A DNA stretch of 64,000 bases, taken from Escherichia coli. Lineage in GTDB: Bacteria; Pseudomonadota; Gammaproteobacteria; Enterobacterales; Enterobacteriaceae. Position numbers and translations under genes: made by a program. Shown here in pieces: positions 1 through 8,543 of this stretch (position 1 is its first letter; each line of letters opens with the position of its first letter). The DNA lies in assembly GCA_009729775.1 (NCBI GenBank), contig GCA_009729775.1_4081.1. One strand, 5' to 3'. The notes under the pieces are model-generated. The model worked only from the letters and a program-made list of their open reading frames with translations, did no database searches and had not been told where the DNA came from.

Positions 1-416
1 GGTGTATAGAATTGCCATGTATTGTGATCTGGCTCATAGTTAGGGTCTAGTACAAAAACCGTACCATCCTGACCATAAACTTCCCCATCCTCTAATAGCT
101 CACGGAAGAAATCTTCTCCAGTAGTTGGGTCTTCGTATGCATTATAAAAACGAAAAACAACATTCTCAACATCAGTTCGGGTAGTACCATCGTCTTCATC
201 ATATTCCACCAAACGGTCCTGATGAAATACTAGGTCAATAGAACCAATGCGAGGTTTATTATGTGGAGTTTTGATTTCTTGCTGGGAATTCAAATCAATA
301 CGTTCAGTACTGATGAATACTCCACTAGGGGTAATTTCAATACCAGACACATTTTCTGGTGAATAGTAAGCGTCACACATGTCATCAATGTGCATGTGCT
401 CATGATACACTTCCAT
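1..416 (-). CDS. partial CDS, hypothetical protein (C-terminus lies beyond window start)
   Basis: ATG at 414-416 on minus strand opens a frame (MEVYHEHMHIDDMCDAYYSPENVSGIEI...) with no stop in the ~120 nt I translated by hand; absent from ORF track presumably because no stop in window. Confidence 0.3.
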   Translation of the reverse strand, partial: MEVYHEHMHIDDMCDAYYSPENVSGIEITPSGVFISTERIDLNSQQEIKTPHNKPRIGSIDLVFHQDRLVEYDEDDGTTRTDVENVVFRFYNAYEDPTTGEDFFRELLEDGEVYGQDGTVFVLDPNYEPDHNTWQFYT

Positions 417-457
417 TTCAGGATTCTGCAACAACAGTGCTGCTAAGTCTTTTGCTT

Positions 458-850
458 TCAATCTTCAATCTCCATAGAATTATCATCATCATAATCATCA
501 CTGGTGTACTTAGTTTTTACCTCAATACCATTCTCATGTAGGTATGTGATAAAACCATTACCATAAACGAATTGATTATAATATGTATTTTCTTCTACAT
601 GTGCATCATAATCATCTTCATAATATGTGGGTATTGTAACATCATGACCTACACTTTGCAAGTACTGGAACAATTCTTTCAGTACTACTTCGATATCACC
701 TTCTTCTGTACCATAACAATAAGCAGGTTCACCGTGAGTGAATTTGAAACCTTTACAGGAAACTGTATAAATGTCACTCATTTGTATACCACAATCATCA
801 CATTCATGTATAGAACAATGCTGGTGGAATTTAATCTTTTTGATTTGCAT
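458..850 (-). CDS. hypothetical protein (130 aa, acidic)
   Basis: ORF track; same strand and packing as neighbours. Confidence 0.55.
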   Translation of the reverse strand: MQIKKIKFHQHCSIHECDDCGIQMSDIYTVSCKGFKFTHGEPAYCYGTEEGDIEVVLKELFQYLQSVGHDVTIPTYYEDDYDAHVEENTYYNQFVYGNGFITYLHENGIEVKTKYTSDDYDDDNSMEIED

Positions 851-1463
851 TTAGAAATTCACCAATTTTGGTAGTTGATGCTTTAACATTGAATTCAGAA
901 TCAGGAAAATCTTTAGAAAATGATTCATTTTGTTCTTGTGAAAGTTCTTTTTTCGGTGGAAATAACATTTTGGCTAAATTTTTACCACATTCAATTGCTT
1001 CATCATATGACATATTTTCCCATGTTTCATGCCAAGTATTAGGATCATATTCTGTCAGTACTGAAATGAAATCAATATCATCAGATGTATAACAAACAGC
1101 ATGTTGATTAGAGAATTGTGTTGATTGATTTTTACCTAATAAAACAATTGGCTTTTCATAAGGAATGTTAAATACCAACCCATATTCTAAGCTAAGAACA
1201 GTTTGAATATGTGAACCCTCCAATTTTGGAGTAATAGTACCATCCTTAAAGAAAATTTGCACATGACCCAAGAGGGGGGTTTCGTATGGTGTAAGTACAT
1301 TTTCAGAAACTGATGTAGGTTTTACCGTTGTGAAAATACCAGATGGTGTAACCATTAATTTATTATCAAAATTCTGATAATGCAAGTCACTCTCTGCATC
1401 ATAATGATAAATTTCTAGATTTGGTTGAGATAGTAGTAATTTTGCTAACTCATGCGATTTCAT
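831..1463 (-). CDS. hypothetical protein (210 aa)
   Basis: ORF track; ATG at 1461-1463 preceded by GGAG RBS. Confidence 0.65.
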   Translation of the reverse strand: MKSHELAKLLLSQPNLEIYHYDAESDLHYQNFDNKLMVTPSGIFTTVKPTSVSENVLTPYETPLLGHVQIFFKDGTITPKLEGSHIQTVLSLEYGLVFNIPYEKPIVLLGKNQSTQFSNQHAVCYTSDDIDFISVLTEYDPNTWHETWENMSYDEAIECGKNLAKMLFPPKKELSQEQNESFSKDFPDSEFNVKASTTKIGEFLNANQKD

Positions 1464-1474
1464 ATTATTTCTCC

Positions 1475-1504
1475 AAAAGAAAAGGAGAGTCGCTATGACT
1501 CTCC
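1475..1504 (-). terminator. intrinsic terminator-like hairpin (stem GGAGAGTC/GACTCTCC) followed by U-rich run on minus strand
   Basis: 8-bp perfect stem 1484-1491/1497-1504, A-run 1475-1483 on plus = U-run after hairpin on minus; lies between stop of 1512..1952 and RBS of 831..1463. Confidence 0.5.
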
Positions 1505-1511
1505 ATATAGT

Positions 1512-1952
1512 TTATTGTAAAACTTTAAGTTTGTAAAGTACTCCTTCAACAAAACTCATAATATCTTCTAATGTGTTTACACTGCCGTAATCACCCGATT
1601 CTTCAAGCATATCATGAATTGCTCTGCATTGCTCAACATATTCTTCAAGAATTGGTACACAATCTTCAATTGGTGTAAAACGATAACTATTACCAGTCCC
1701 AACTTGCAAAGCACCACGATTATTCATGATACCTTCAACAAATGCGTCTACATATTCTGGTAATTCTTTATATAGTTCATCTAATTGTAAATGCTTTGTA
1801 TAAAAATGACATTGTAAGTGCCAGTTATGTGCAGCAGAACTTAAAAACAAACTATTTTCAATAAAAGTTAATAGTACTTCATCATATGAATTATCTTCTT
1901 CAGTACTTCCGATAAAGTCCATTACGTGTCGTAAATCATTAATATCTTCCAT
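1512..1952 (-). CDS. hypothetical protein (146 aa)
   Basis: ORF track. Confidence 0.6.
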   Translation of the reverse strand: MEDINDLRHVMDFIGSTEEDNSYDEVLLTFIENSLFLSSAAHNWHLQCHFYTKHLQLDELYKELPEYVDAFVEGIMNNRGALQVGTGNSYRFTPIEDCVPILEEYVEQCRAIHDMLEESGDYGSVNTLEDIMSFVEGVLYKLKVLQ

Positions 1953-1984
1953 AATATCTCTCCTTAGAGTTATTCTCTTATTAT

Positions 1985-2413
1985 TTAGTTAATAATAAAG
2001 GTAATTTCAGGATTCATTTCCGAAACTGCATTGCGTTTACTTCTATCCCATAGTATTCTGTTATTATACAAAGAAGAATCACATACGACAAGTAAGCAAT
2101 TTCTTAATCTACTTACAGTACTTTGATTATTTAAATCAGTTTCTGAGATAAAAAATACATTTTCAGGAACTACTAAAGGAATAGATTTATCAAAAAACAA
2201 AACTACAATAGGTCTTGTTGTATGAACTGATTTAACAAAATCCAAAATACTATTATAAAAATTAGTTTCTTTAGTAATTACTGACGGATCTTTAATTCTT
2301 TTCAAATATTGCTGTGGTAATTGATGTTCGTCTTTTATCTGAAACTCAAAATATTCTTTGAATAACATTTGTGTTAATTCAGATTTATCGGATATTTTCG
2401 TTGTGTTACTCAT
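1985..2413 (-). CDS. hypothetical protein (142 aa)
   Basis: ORF track. Confidence 0.6.
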   Translation of the reverse strand: MSNTTKISDKSELTQMLFKEYFEFQIKDEHQLPQQYLKRIKDPSVITKETNFYNSILDFVKSVHTTRPIVVLFFDKSIPLVVPENVFFISETDLNNQSTVSRLRNCLLVVCDSSLYNNRILWDRSKRNAVSEMNPEITFIIN

Positions 2414-2496
2414 TCACTTCGTTCTCTCGTAACTCAAGAAGTCACTGCGTTTACTTCGTAAACTAGTTCCTTCTGAAAATGATAATGTACTTTAAA

Positions 2497-3068
2497 AACT
2501 TGACGGGATTTGTTGAGGACTATTACATCCCCCCGCAGGGGAATGAAGGTAATAAAAAAGAGACAATTAAGTCTCTCTTGACGATGATGGCATCGGATAT
2601 TATCGAATTGCGAATTTCTCAAATTTTGGACGGATCTTTCTTGTACCAAAATTTAGAGAGCGAAAGCGGGTTGCTCGGTTTCTCTCTATCGCAGTCATAT
2701 GCAACGGTCGCTGGTCTTTTCATCAACAGCACTCAGTACTAACTCTATTCGATCAAAGTAGTACTTGTTCTCAAATTTTGGACGCAACTTTCTTGTAAAA
2801 ATTGCGTCCGCTATCCTTGAACTCCCTTAGCAAATCTGGTAAGGTGCGAACCTTATACATCTATCTAGGAACTCTCTGTATGCTTATCGGAGTTCTTTAT
2901 ACAGCCGTGTCGCCGTGATTCGTGGTCTTACATCGTGTTTGTTTAAATGCCAGTACTCTAACAGGTTTCTTCTGCTGTTCGCTACAACGGTAAAGCTCAT
3001 CTATCCTTTACATTTTCAAGAGAAGTAGGTTCTCAGTGTCCATTTTTCAATGTCCGTTGTCATTTTCT
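2497..3068 (-). ncRNA. candidate large structured noncoding RNA, copy A (paralog of 58627..59162); identity unknown
   Basis: ~690 nt gap without credible ORF in an otherwise gene-dense genome; local GC ~50% vs ~33% background; blocks conserved with copy B (CCCCGCAGGGG, GAAAGCGGGTTGCTC.GTTTCTCTCTATCGC, GCAACGGTCG..GGTCTT, TTTGGACGCAACT, GGTAAGGTGCGA.CCTTATA, AGGAACTCTCT...GGAGTTCTTTATACAGCCG, TGCTGTTCG); conserved stems with variable loops; TGATATAAT extended -10 on minus strand at 3075-3083; strand and ends approximate. Confidence 0.45.
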
Positions 3069-3074
3069 ATATAC

Positions 3075-3103
3075 ATTATATCATTGGAACATATAATGTC
3101 CCA
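3075..3103 (-). promoter_or_regulatory. extended -10 promoter (TGaTATAAT) with upstream imperfect palindrome TGGGACAT-N3-ATGTTCCA, reading into ncRNA copy A
   Basis: plus-strand attatatca at 3075-3083 = TGATATAAT on minus; palindrome 3085-3103 resembles the one at 28306-28326. Confidence 0.4.
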
Positions 3104-3580
3104 TTACATGTATACTTTTTTTAAATCCTTAGAACAACGATCAAAAATTGTGTTTATGAATTCAACATCTTCGATAATATTCGAATCGTTAGCAACATTT
3201 TCATTTCTTGTCGTGTTCCTATATGTGTGTTCAGGATGATTGTATACCACCTTGACTACATTATTTAGGTCTATAAAATTTGACGTTTTTTGTGTATAAG
3301 AAGCCTGAAGCTTGATGAGTTTACCATCATTCTCAAGATTGGTTTTATGAATTAGTTCTTCAATGCCAGTTAAATGGCTATAGCTATCTTTTTCTTTTAC
3401 AAAAGTAATAGTAACAAGAACTGCTTTCTCATCTCCCATATCGGAAATGTTTTTTACAGCACTGATAATTTCTAAGTTTGAAAAATCTAATTCTTTAAGC
3501 ATTTTACAAATATTTCCACAAAGTTCGATAAGTGATAATTTCTTCTCTGGTAACAGAAACTTCATTGCACTTAACACCAT
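3104..3580 (-). CDS. hypothetical protein (up to 158 aa; true start probably internal)
   Basis: ORF track; 5' end overlaps 3504..3860 by 77 nt so a downstream start is likely. Confidence 0.5.
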   Translation of the reverse strand: MVLSAMKFLLPEKKLSLIELCGNICKMLKELDFSNLEIISAVKNISDMGDEKAVLVTITFVKEKDSYSHLTGIEELIHKTNLENDGKLIKLQASYTQKTSNFIDLNNVVKVVYNHPEHTYRNTTRNENVANDSNIIEDVEFINTIFDRCSKDLKKVYM

Positions 3581-3860
3581 CAGTTTCAGTACTGAATGGT
3601 TGTACTGGTCTATCTTCTGTTAAACCTCGTTCATAAGTACAATGATAAAACTTATTTGTGCTCATGTCAAGAAATACGAGATCAAATTCTTCAGTCCACC
3701 TTCTGTTCCCTTTGCTTTCATTGTAGATGATTTTATATTTTACATCTGGTTTAAAAGTTTCAGTACTGTCATCCCATGCACCATAGTCAGTATATTCATC
3801 ATTTTCATCTAACTCTGCTAGATGCCACATTAATTGTGGTAAAAAGATTTTAGATTTCAT
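3504..3860 (-). CDS. hypothetical protein (118 aa)
   Basis: ORF track; ATG 3858-3860 preceded by GGAG RBS. Confidence 0.6.
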   Translation of the reverse strand: MKSKIFLPQLMWHLAELDENDEYTDYGAWDDSTETFKPDVKYKIIYNESKGNRRWTEEFDLVFLDMSTNKFYHCTYERGLTEDRPVQPFSTETDGVKCNEVSVTREEIITYRTLWKYL

Positions 3861-3871
3861 TTATTTTCTCC

Positions 3872-3899
3872 AAAAAAAAGGACTTGAATACTCAAGTCC
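3872..3899 (-). terminator. intrinsic terminator-like hairpin (GGACTTGA/TCAAGTCC) plus U8 on minus strand
   Basis: perfect 8-bp stem, A8 run on plus 3872-3879; immediately downstream of stop of 3913..4524. Confidence 0.5.
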
Positions 3900-3912
3900 C
3901 TATAATATCATA

Positions 3913-4524
3913 TCAATCATGTTTATTCAATTTCTTCTGTTCTTTTTTCAAAGCTTTCATATGACGACCAAACTCTCGAACATGCCATAGATGATCAGTT
4001 TCCCATAATTCTTGACGTAACCTACGTTCTTCTAGTAGTTTCGACTTGTCAATGTTATTTTTCTTTTTTTGTACATTAAAGAAATTATTCATATGTTCTT
4101 GGAGAAGATTACGACCTTTAACTTTCTCAAGAAACTCATCAACTGTTTCAGTTTTATTCGAACGTAGTTGATTACATCTGGAGCACATAGTATTAAAGTT
4201 TGACTCTAAATCAGGTCCACCCTTAGATGCCAGATGATTATGGTCAACTGTCATTAAAACTTCATAAAGACCACATACAGCATATACATTTAAATGTGGT
4301 TTACCATATACTGGATCAGAACATAATGAACGTTCAATGCGTACTTCAGTAGCTTCAATCCCACATGCCACGCATTTTGGATTCTTAATAAATGTAAGAA
4401 CTTTTTGTGGGAAATATCGAAAAGTAATACCATTTAAAGTGTAGCGTTTCATCTTAGTACTTCGTTGATTTAATTCGTCAAGAAGTGATAATTTGGTCGT
4501 ATAGTAAACATGATATTTGTTCAT
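3913..4524 (-). CDS. HNH endonuclease (homing-endonuclease-like), ~203 aa
   Basis: motif CVACG...TVDHNHLASKGGPDLESNFNTMCSRCNQLRS (HNH with flanking Cys pairs); start moved to ATG 4522-4524 (AAGGA RBS) to avoid 44-nt overlap. Confidence 0.7.
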   Translation of the reverse strand: MNKYHVYYTTKLSLLDELNQRSTKMKRYTLNGITFRYFPQKVLTFIKNPKCVACGIEATEVRIERSLCSDPVYGKPHLNVYAVCGLYEVLMTVDHNHLASKGGPDLESNFNTMCSRCNQLRSNKTETVDEFLEKVKGRNLLQEHMNNFFNVQKKKNNIDKSKLLEERRLRQELWETDHLWHVREFGRHMKALKKEQKKLNKHD

Positions 4525-4525
4525 T

Positions 4526-4834
4526 TTATTCCTTGATATTGATTTTAATATCTTTACCTTGTAAATCACGAATAGTTTTAATTAATGCATCATGTTTTAA
4601 AGCACATTCGTTGTATACTGCATCCCAACGAGTAAGTACTTTAAGAATTTCTGCACCATCATAACCTTTAAAACCATTTTTGTCAATCATAATTTTTTGT
4701 GGTAGAGGTGTATCATCATCACATCTTTCTAACAGAATTTCTTGTTTAATTGGTGCAGGGGATTGTAGTTTTACTTGTTCTGCACATCCACTTATAATTA
4801 AAAAAGAAATAAACGGAACTAATAATTTTTTCAT
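4526..4834 (-). CDS. putative o-spanin (outer-membrane lipoprotein, Rz1-like), 102 aa
   Basis: N-terminal signal with lipobox LIISGC; directly follows and overlaps the i-spanin-like gene. Confidence 0.5.
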   Translation of the reverse strand: MKKLLVPFISFLIISGCAEQVKLQSPAPIKQEILLERCDDDTPLPQKIMIDKNGFKGYDGAEILKVLTRWDAVYNECALKHDALIKTIRDLQGKDIKINIKE

Positions 4835-5205
4835 TTGAATTTATTCCTCGCAGCTTGAGAATTTTGTTTTAGTTCATTCAGTACTTTTACACCATCTTCA
4901 TCTAAACATACATTCTTATAAACTTCACGTTCTACAATAAAAGGAACTTTTGTTTCAATAACTTTAGCATTATCTTCCATGATTTTTTTAGTTTCAAGGT
5001 AATTTTTTGCATTTTCTTGTTGCATTTTATCTAAGGCGGTATCAACTTTTTTAGCTATTTGTTGCTCTATGCTTTGTTGATAGCCACTGTAATAAGTATT
5101 AGCTTCCCAGCCAGCATAAGCTGAACCGCCAATCAATAATACAAAAGAAATTGGTTTCCAAAATGGAATAAGAATTTTTGAAACAATTATTTCTAACATA
5201 CTCAT
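4831..5205 (-). CDS. putative i-spanin (Rz-like), 124 aa
   Basis: single N-terminal TM helix (WKPISFVLLIGGSAYAGW) followed by charged helical region; ATGA-type overlap with lipoprotein gene. Confidence 0.5.
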   Translation of the reverse strand: MSMLEIIVSKILIPFWKPISFVLLIGGSAYAGWEANTYYSGYQQSIEQQIAKKVDTALDKMQQENAKNYLETKKIMEDNAKVIETKVPFIVEREVYKNVCLDEDGVKVLNELKQNSQAARNKFK

Positions 5206-5258
5206 AATAATATCTCCTATAGTTGATGATATTATTTAGAGTATATAATTGTATAGAT

Positions 5259-5678
5259 TTACAACATTTTTTGAATATGTTCTGCTAGTTCATACAGCTT
5301 AGTTTCATTATTCTCGAACTTTTCATCAACTTGAACATTGAATTTTTCTTCTAGTTCCATTACCATTTCAATCCAATCAAGCCAATCAAAATGGAATTTT
5401 TCTTCGACTTCCAATTTAGTAAGATTGAAGTTCGCTGATACATCATTCTCTGATGTATCACAATAACGAGTAGTGATGAATTTGACAATTTCTTTTTCAA
5501 CATCGTTTAATTCACGAGTTTGATATTCGGGCTGAAGATACCACCACTCTCCCTTATTAATAGATTCCAATTCTTGTTTGATTTCATGCATTACTTTATA
5601 ACGGTCAGTACTTTTATGAATAGAATTGACTTCTTGATTCAATACATGTAGTGCATTTTTAATACGTTCATTTAACAT
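5259..5678 (-). CDS. hypothetical protein (139 aa)
   Basis: ORF track; AAGGTG RBS upstream of ATG 5676-5678. Confidence 0.6.
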   Translation of the reverse strand: MLNERIKNALHVLNQEVNSIHKSTDRYKVMHEIKQELESINKGEWWYLQPEYQTRELNDVEKEIVKFITTRYCDTSENDVSANFNLTKLEVEEKFHFDWLDWIEMVMELEEKFNVQVDEKFENNETKLYELAEHIQKML

Positions 5679-5689
5679 TTTATCACCTT

Positions 5690-5722
5690 ATAAAAAAAGA
5701 GAACTCCATATGAAGTTCTCTA
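5690..5722 (-). terminator. intrinsic terminator-like hairpin (AGAGAACT/AGTTCTCT) plus U7, overlapping the transcription start of the promoter at 5723-5751
   Basis: stem-loop 5697-5722, A7 on plus 5690-5696; downstream of stop of 5753..8542. Confidence 0.5.
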
Positions 5723-5751
5723 ATTATACATAATTACTTTTTCTATGTCAA
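5723..5751 (-). promoter_or_regulatory. sigma70-type promoter, consensus TTGACA-17-TATAAT, for 5259..5678
   Basis: minus-strand TTGACA (plus 5746-5751) and TATAAT (plus 5723-5728) with 17-nt spacer. Confidence 0.55.
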
Positions 5752-5752
5752 G

Positions 5753-8542
5753 TTATAAATCACGGAAACGATTTGGTGTGTTTAAACGATACATTGAGTA
5801 CAATCCCAATCCACGCATAATCTCACCTGCCCAGAAACCAAAAAACATACCATTATCAGTACCTTCTCTGACTGCTGGACTCCATGAACCATTCATTGGA
5901 GAACCTGGACTTACAATAACATAGTTCTTTTGAAGTTCGAGAACTAAGTTATCAGCGAGTGTTGTTAGACCTTCTATTTTACATCCAGCCAATCCAGCAG
6001 CACAAGCCCCAGCTAACCACAACCCACACATATGACCTGTAAAGTCCCAATCTGGACCTTCAACTGTGCCATCTTTATTGAAGATTGTTGGTGAACGACC
6101 ATCATTATCTTTTTGAAATTGAATTAAAAAGTGAATCCAATTCTCACAAAATTCAACAAGATCTGCTGGTGGTTCAATTCCTCTCTCTGCGAGTTCTTGC
6201 CATGCTCTGGCAGCCCCAAAGAACGCACGTGGTTCATACCCACTCCATGCTTGATCACCCCAATGTAGCATAGTAAATGTATCTGGTTCACCATATTTTA
6301 AGTTATCCCAGCGGTTCCAAACATATGCTTGTGCACATGGACCAACAGTACCGAATTGTTGAGTAAACCATGTTTGAGAATCTTTCATAAAGCTTAACAT
6401 GTTGCCTAAACGTGTGTTATCAACTGGTTGGTCTTTAAAACAATATATCACTGGATACTGATAACCAGGATAAGGCAAACCACGCCAACCTGAATACTGA
6501 TTCGCATACGGGTCAGTGATGTTAGAAAATGGTATTGTTCCTGGAGTGTAATGCAATGAGTTTAACAAATAATCTTTGATTACACAATCCCCTAACTGTG
6601 CAGTATAAGGTGATTCACCTGCAATTGTTATTGAAAATGTCATGGTATAGTCATCACCGTCAGCATCCGTATATAATTCTGGAATGTCATTAATACAATA
6701 CCAATCAATTATTGCAGCAACGCCATCTACTGGGGTTGTATCAGGTAAAATAGTAATATCTTCTAGCTCACTATAAACTGGTGCATCTGGTCTTGGGTCA
6801 GAACTTGGATGATTTGGCTGATACCCAGATAAACGTAATGTATCAGAACTTAGTGTGATAGTAGTCCATTCCCCGTGTGTTGCAGGAATCATCCACCACC
6901 ATCTCCAACCATTATCATCTATAATTCGTATATTATAATCATCTTCATATGAACGATATGTGAAAGATTTAACTTCAGACTTATTTGTTGCTAATAACCA
7001 AAATCCAATAACAGCACCATCATCTTCACCACAAACCAACTGATTAATTGTATCGCGTCTTGTGATTAATATATCAGTACTATATAACATTTCGGACGTA
7101 GCTGCACCATAAGGAACAACAATTCTACTATCAGCAATTATATAAGGGGAACCATCTGCTTTCTTTTCTCTAACAAATGCACTTAACGGTGTTAATGAAT
7201 GTGTGATATTTTGGTCTTTACTTTCTGGTAAGCCGCAACGATAACGAACAACATCATGGTCATTTTTTGTTTTTGACAATTCCAGTACTGGTTTAAATGA
7301 TAACGGTTTACCATCATCGCACACGCCACCATAGTCAACTAGCAATTTTGAATCAGCATTTACCCTGAACCAAATAGCTTGTTGCTCCATAGTACTCTGT
7401 GCACTTTGGTCTTGTCTGATAGTAATGTATCCTAACGAATTTCTACCAAACTTAGCAATAGCATCACTTGGATAAAAATATTCATAGGAAATACCATCAG
7501 TGAATGGTGTGGTTACAATTGTACTTTGTCTGAAAAATTTATCTCTGGAGTCGATATCACCATAAGCATAGCATGTGAGTAGTGAACATTTCCAACCCAA
7601 ATAATGTTTTCTTTCTTTAGTTATTTTATATAACAAATACGAAGCATCACTAAACCATAATTCTGCATCTGATGCGTTATCAGCAAATTCTAAATCAATT
7701 GGAACATGAAGTGGGCGGTTGTGTTGCATTTCATTTCGTTGAATTATTACACCACCATATTCTACTGGTTGACGATTAGCAAAATTTAATTTATATACAC
7801 CATTAATTGTTGTATTCTTTAATTGAACAGTTCCTTTTTCAGATTCGTCAAAACCTTCTGCTAAAATATTACCATCCCAGTCGATTTTTCTACCCATGAA
7901 ATCAATAATCCAGTCAACATCATATTGTTCACCTGGTGTATCCCAATCAACACTACCATCTGGTAATAAAGCTTTTACTGACGCATTTATTTGGTTCCAT
8001 GCTAAAGCACCTTTGAATGCAAATGTCACTTTATCCAAGAACTGACCATAATATGGTGCACCATGTGGTATTTTGCATTGACCATTAGTAAATGTAAATT
8101 CTACTCCCTTGAAACCACCATGTGTGGGCCAGCCATCATCAGCTAAAGGCCAGTTAGCCAATATAGGTTCTTTTGCATTAACTATCCAGTTACATTGTAG
8201 CGGTGTAGGTGGATCTGGTAATTCACGTCCAGCATAAAAGTACTGATGATATGCGTCCCAATACCACTTTGCCTTATCTAAAAACAATGGATCATTTGTA
8301 GCCAGATATGCATAAATGTATCCTAAAATTAATAGACTTTGACCTTCTGTTGTCCCGTCACCGTTTGGTTGACCTTCCATTGCAGAATAGTTAATAAAAT
8401 GGCGGTTGTTCGCCAAAACACCCTGATTGTTCACCACATAATGCTGTACTGTTGGATCTATAGTATCACCAGTATTTCTTTCAATAAATTTGTGATGCCC
8501 ATAAAGAAGTTGTACAATATTATCAATATTATTGTTTAACAT
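5753..8542 (-). CDS. large protein (929 aa), possibly tail-associated with glycosidase-like C-terminal region
   Basis: long ORF ending the tail-fiber-containing transcription unit; Trp/Gly-rich, C-terminal segment reminiscent of alpha/alpha-toroid glycoside hydrolases (weak, by eye). Confidence 0.65.
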   Translation of the reverse strand: MLNNNIDNIVQLLYGHHKFIERNTGDTIDPTVQHYVVNNQGVLANNRHFINYSAMEGQPNGDGTTEGQSLLILGYIYAYLATNDPLFLDKAKWYWDAYHQYFYAGRELPDPPTPLQCNWIVNAKEPILANWPLADDGWPTHGGFKGVEFTFTNGQCKIPHGAPYYGQFLDKVTFAFKGALAWNQINASVKALLPDGSVDWDTPGEQYDVDWIIDFMGRKIDWDGNILAEGFDESEKGTVQLKNTTINGVYKLNFANRQPVEYGGVIIQRNEMQHNRPLHVPIDLEFADNASDAELWFSDASYLLYKITKERKHYLGWKCSLLTCYAYGDIDSRDKFFRQSTIVTTPFTDGISYEYFYPSDAIAKFGRNSLGYITIRQDQSAQSTMEQQAIWFRVNADSKLLVDYGGVCDDGKPLSFKPVLELSKTKNDHDVVRYRCGLPESKDQNITHSLTPLSAFVREKKADGSPYIIADSRIVVPYGAATSEMLYSTDILITRRDTINQLVCGEDDGAVIGFWLLATNKSEVKSFTYRSYEDDYNIRIIDDNGWRWWWMIPATHGEWTTITLSSDTLRLSGYQPNHPSSDPRPDAPVYSELEDITILPDTTPVDGVAAIIDWYCINDIPELYTDADGDDYTMTFSITIAGESPYTAQLGDCVIKDYLLNSLHYTPGTIPFSNITDPYANQYSGWRGLPYPGYQYPVIYCFKDQPVDNTRLGNMLSFMKDSQTWFTQQFGTVGPCAQAYVWNRWDNLKYGEPDTFTMLHWGDQAWSGYEPRAFFGAARAWQELAERGIEPPADLVEFCENWIHFLIQFQKDNDGRSPTIFNKDGTVEGPDWDFTGHMCGLWLAGACAAGLAGCKIEGLTTLADNLVLELQKNYVIVSPGSPMNGSWSPAVREGTDNGMFFGFWAGEIMRGLGLYSMYRLNTPNRFRDL

Positions 8543-8543
8543 A

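Noticed and set aside
359-874. Plus-strand ORFs 359..541 and 572..874
   Set aside because: Antisense to well-supported minus-strand ORFs, with low-complexity translations (poly-Ile) typical of AT-rich antisense frames.
2434-2742. Track ORFs 2434..2649 (-) and 2479..2742 (+) inside the conserved GC-rich element
   Set aside because: They overlap each other on opposite strands, lie in the region homologous to copy B where the frames are not conserved, and have no RBS; more likely chance ORFs inside a structured non-coding element.
2497-3068. Interpretation of the conserved elements as tRNA genes, CRISPR arrays or group I introns
   Set aside because: No T-arm GTTCRANYC or cloverleaf seen by eye; no short direct repeats with spacers; elements are intergenic rather than interrupting a gene and I could not find group I P/Q/R/S core elements. 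Rfam scan still needed.
5259-5678. Acyl-carrier-protein-like motif in ORF 5259..5678 (FDWLDWIEMVMELEEKF...)
   Set aside because: Resembles the ACP helix II pattern but lacks the phosphopantetheine-attachment Ser; likely coincidental.
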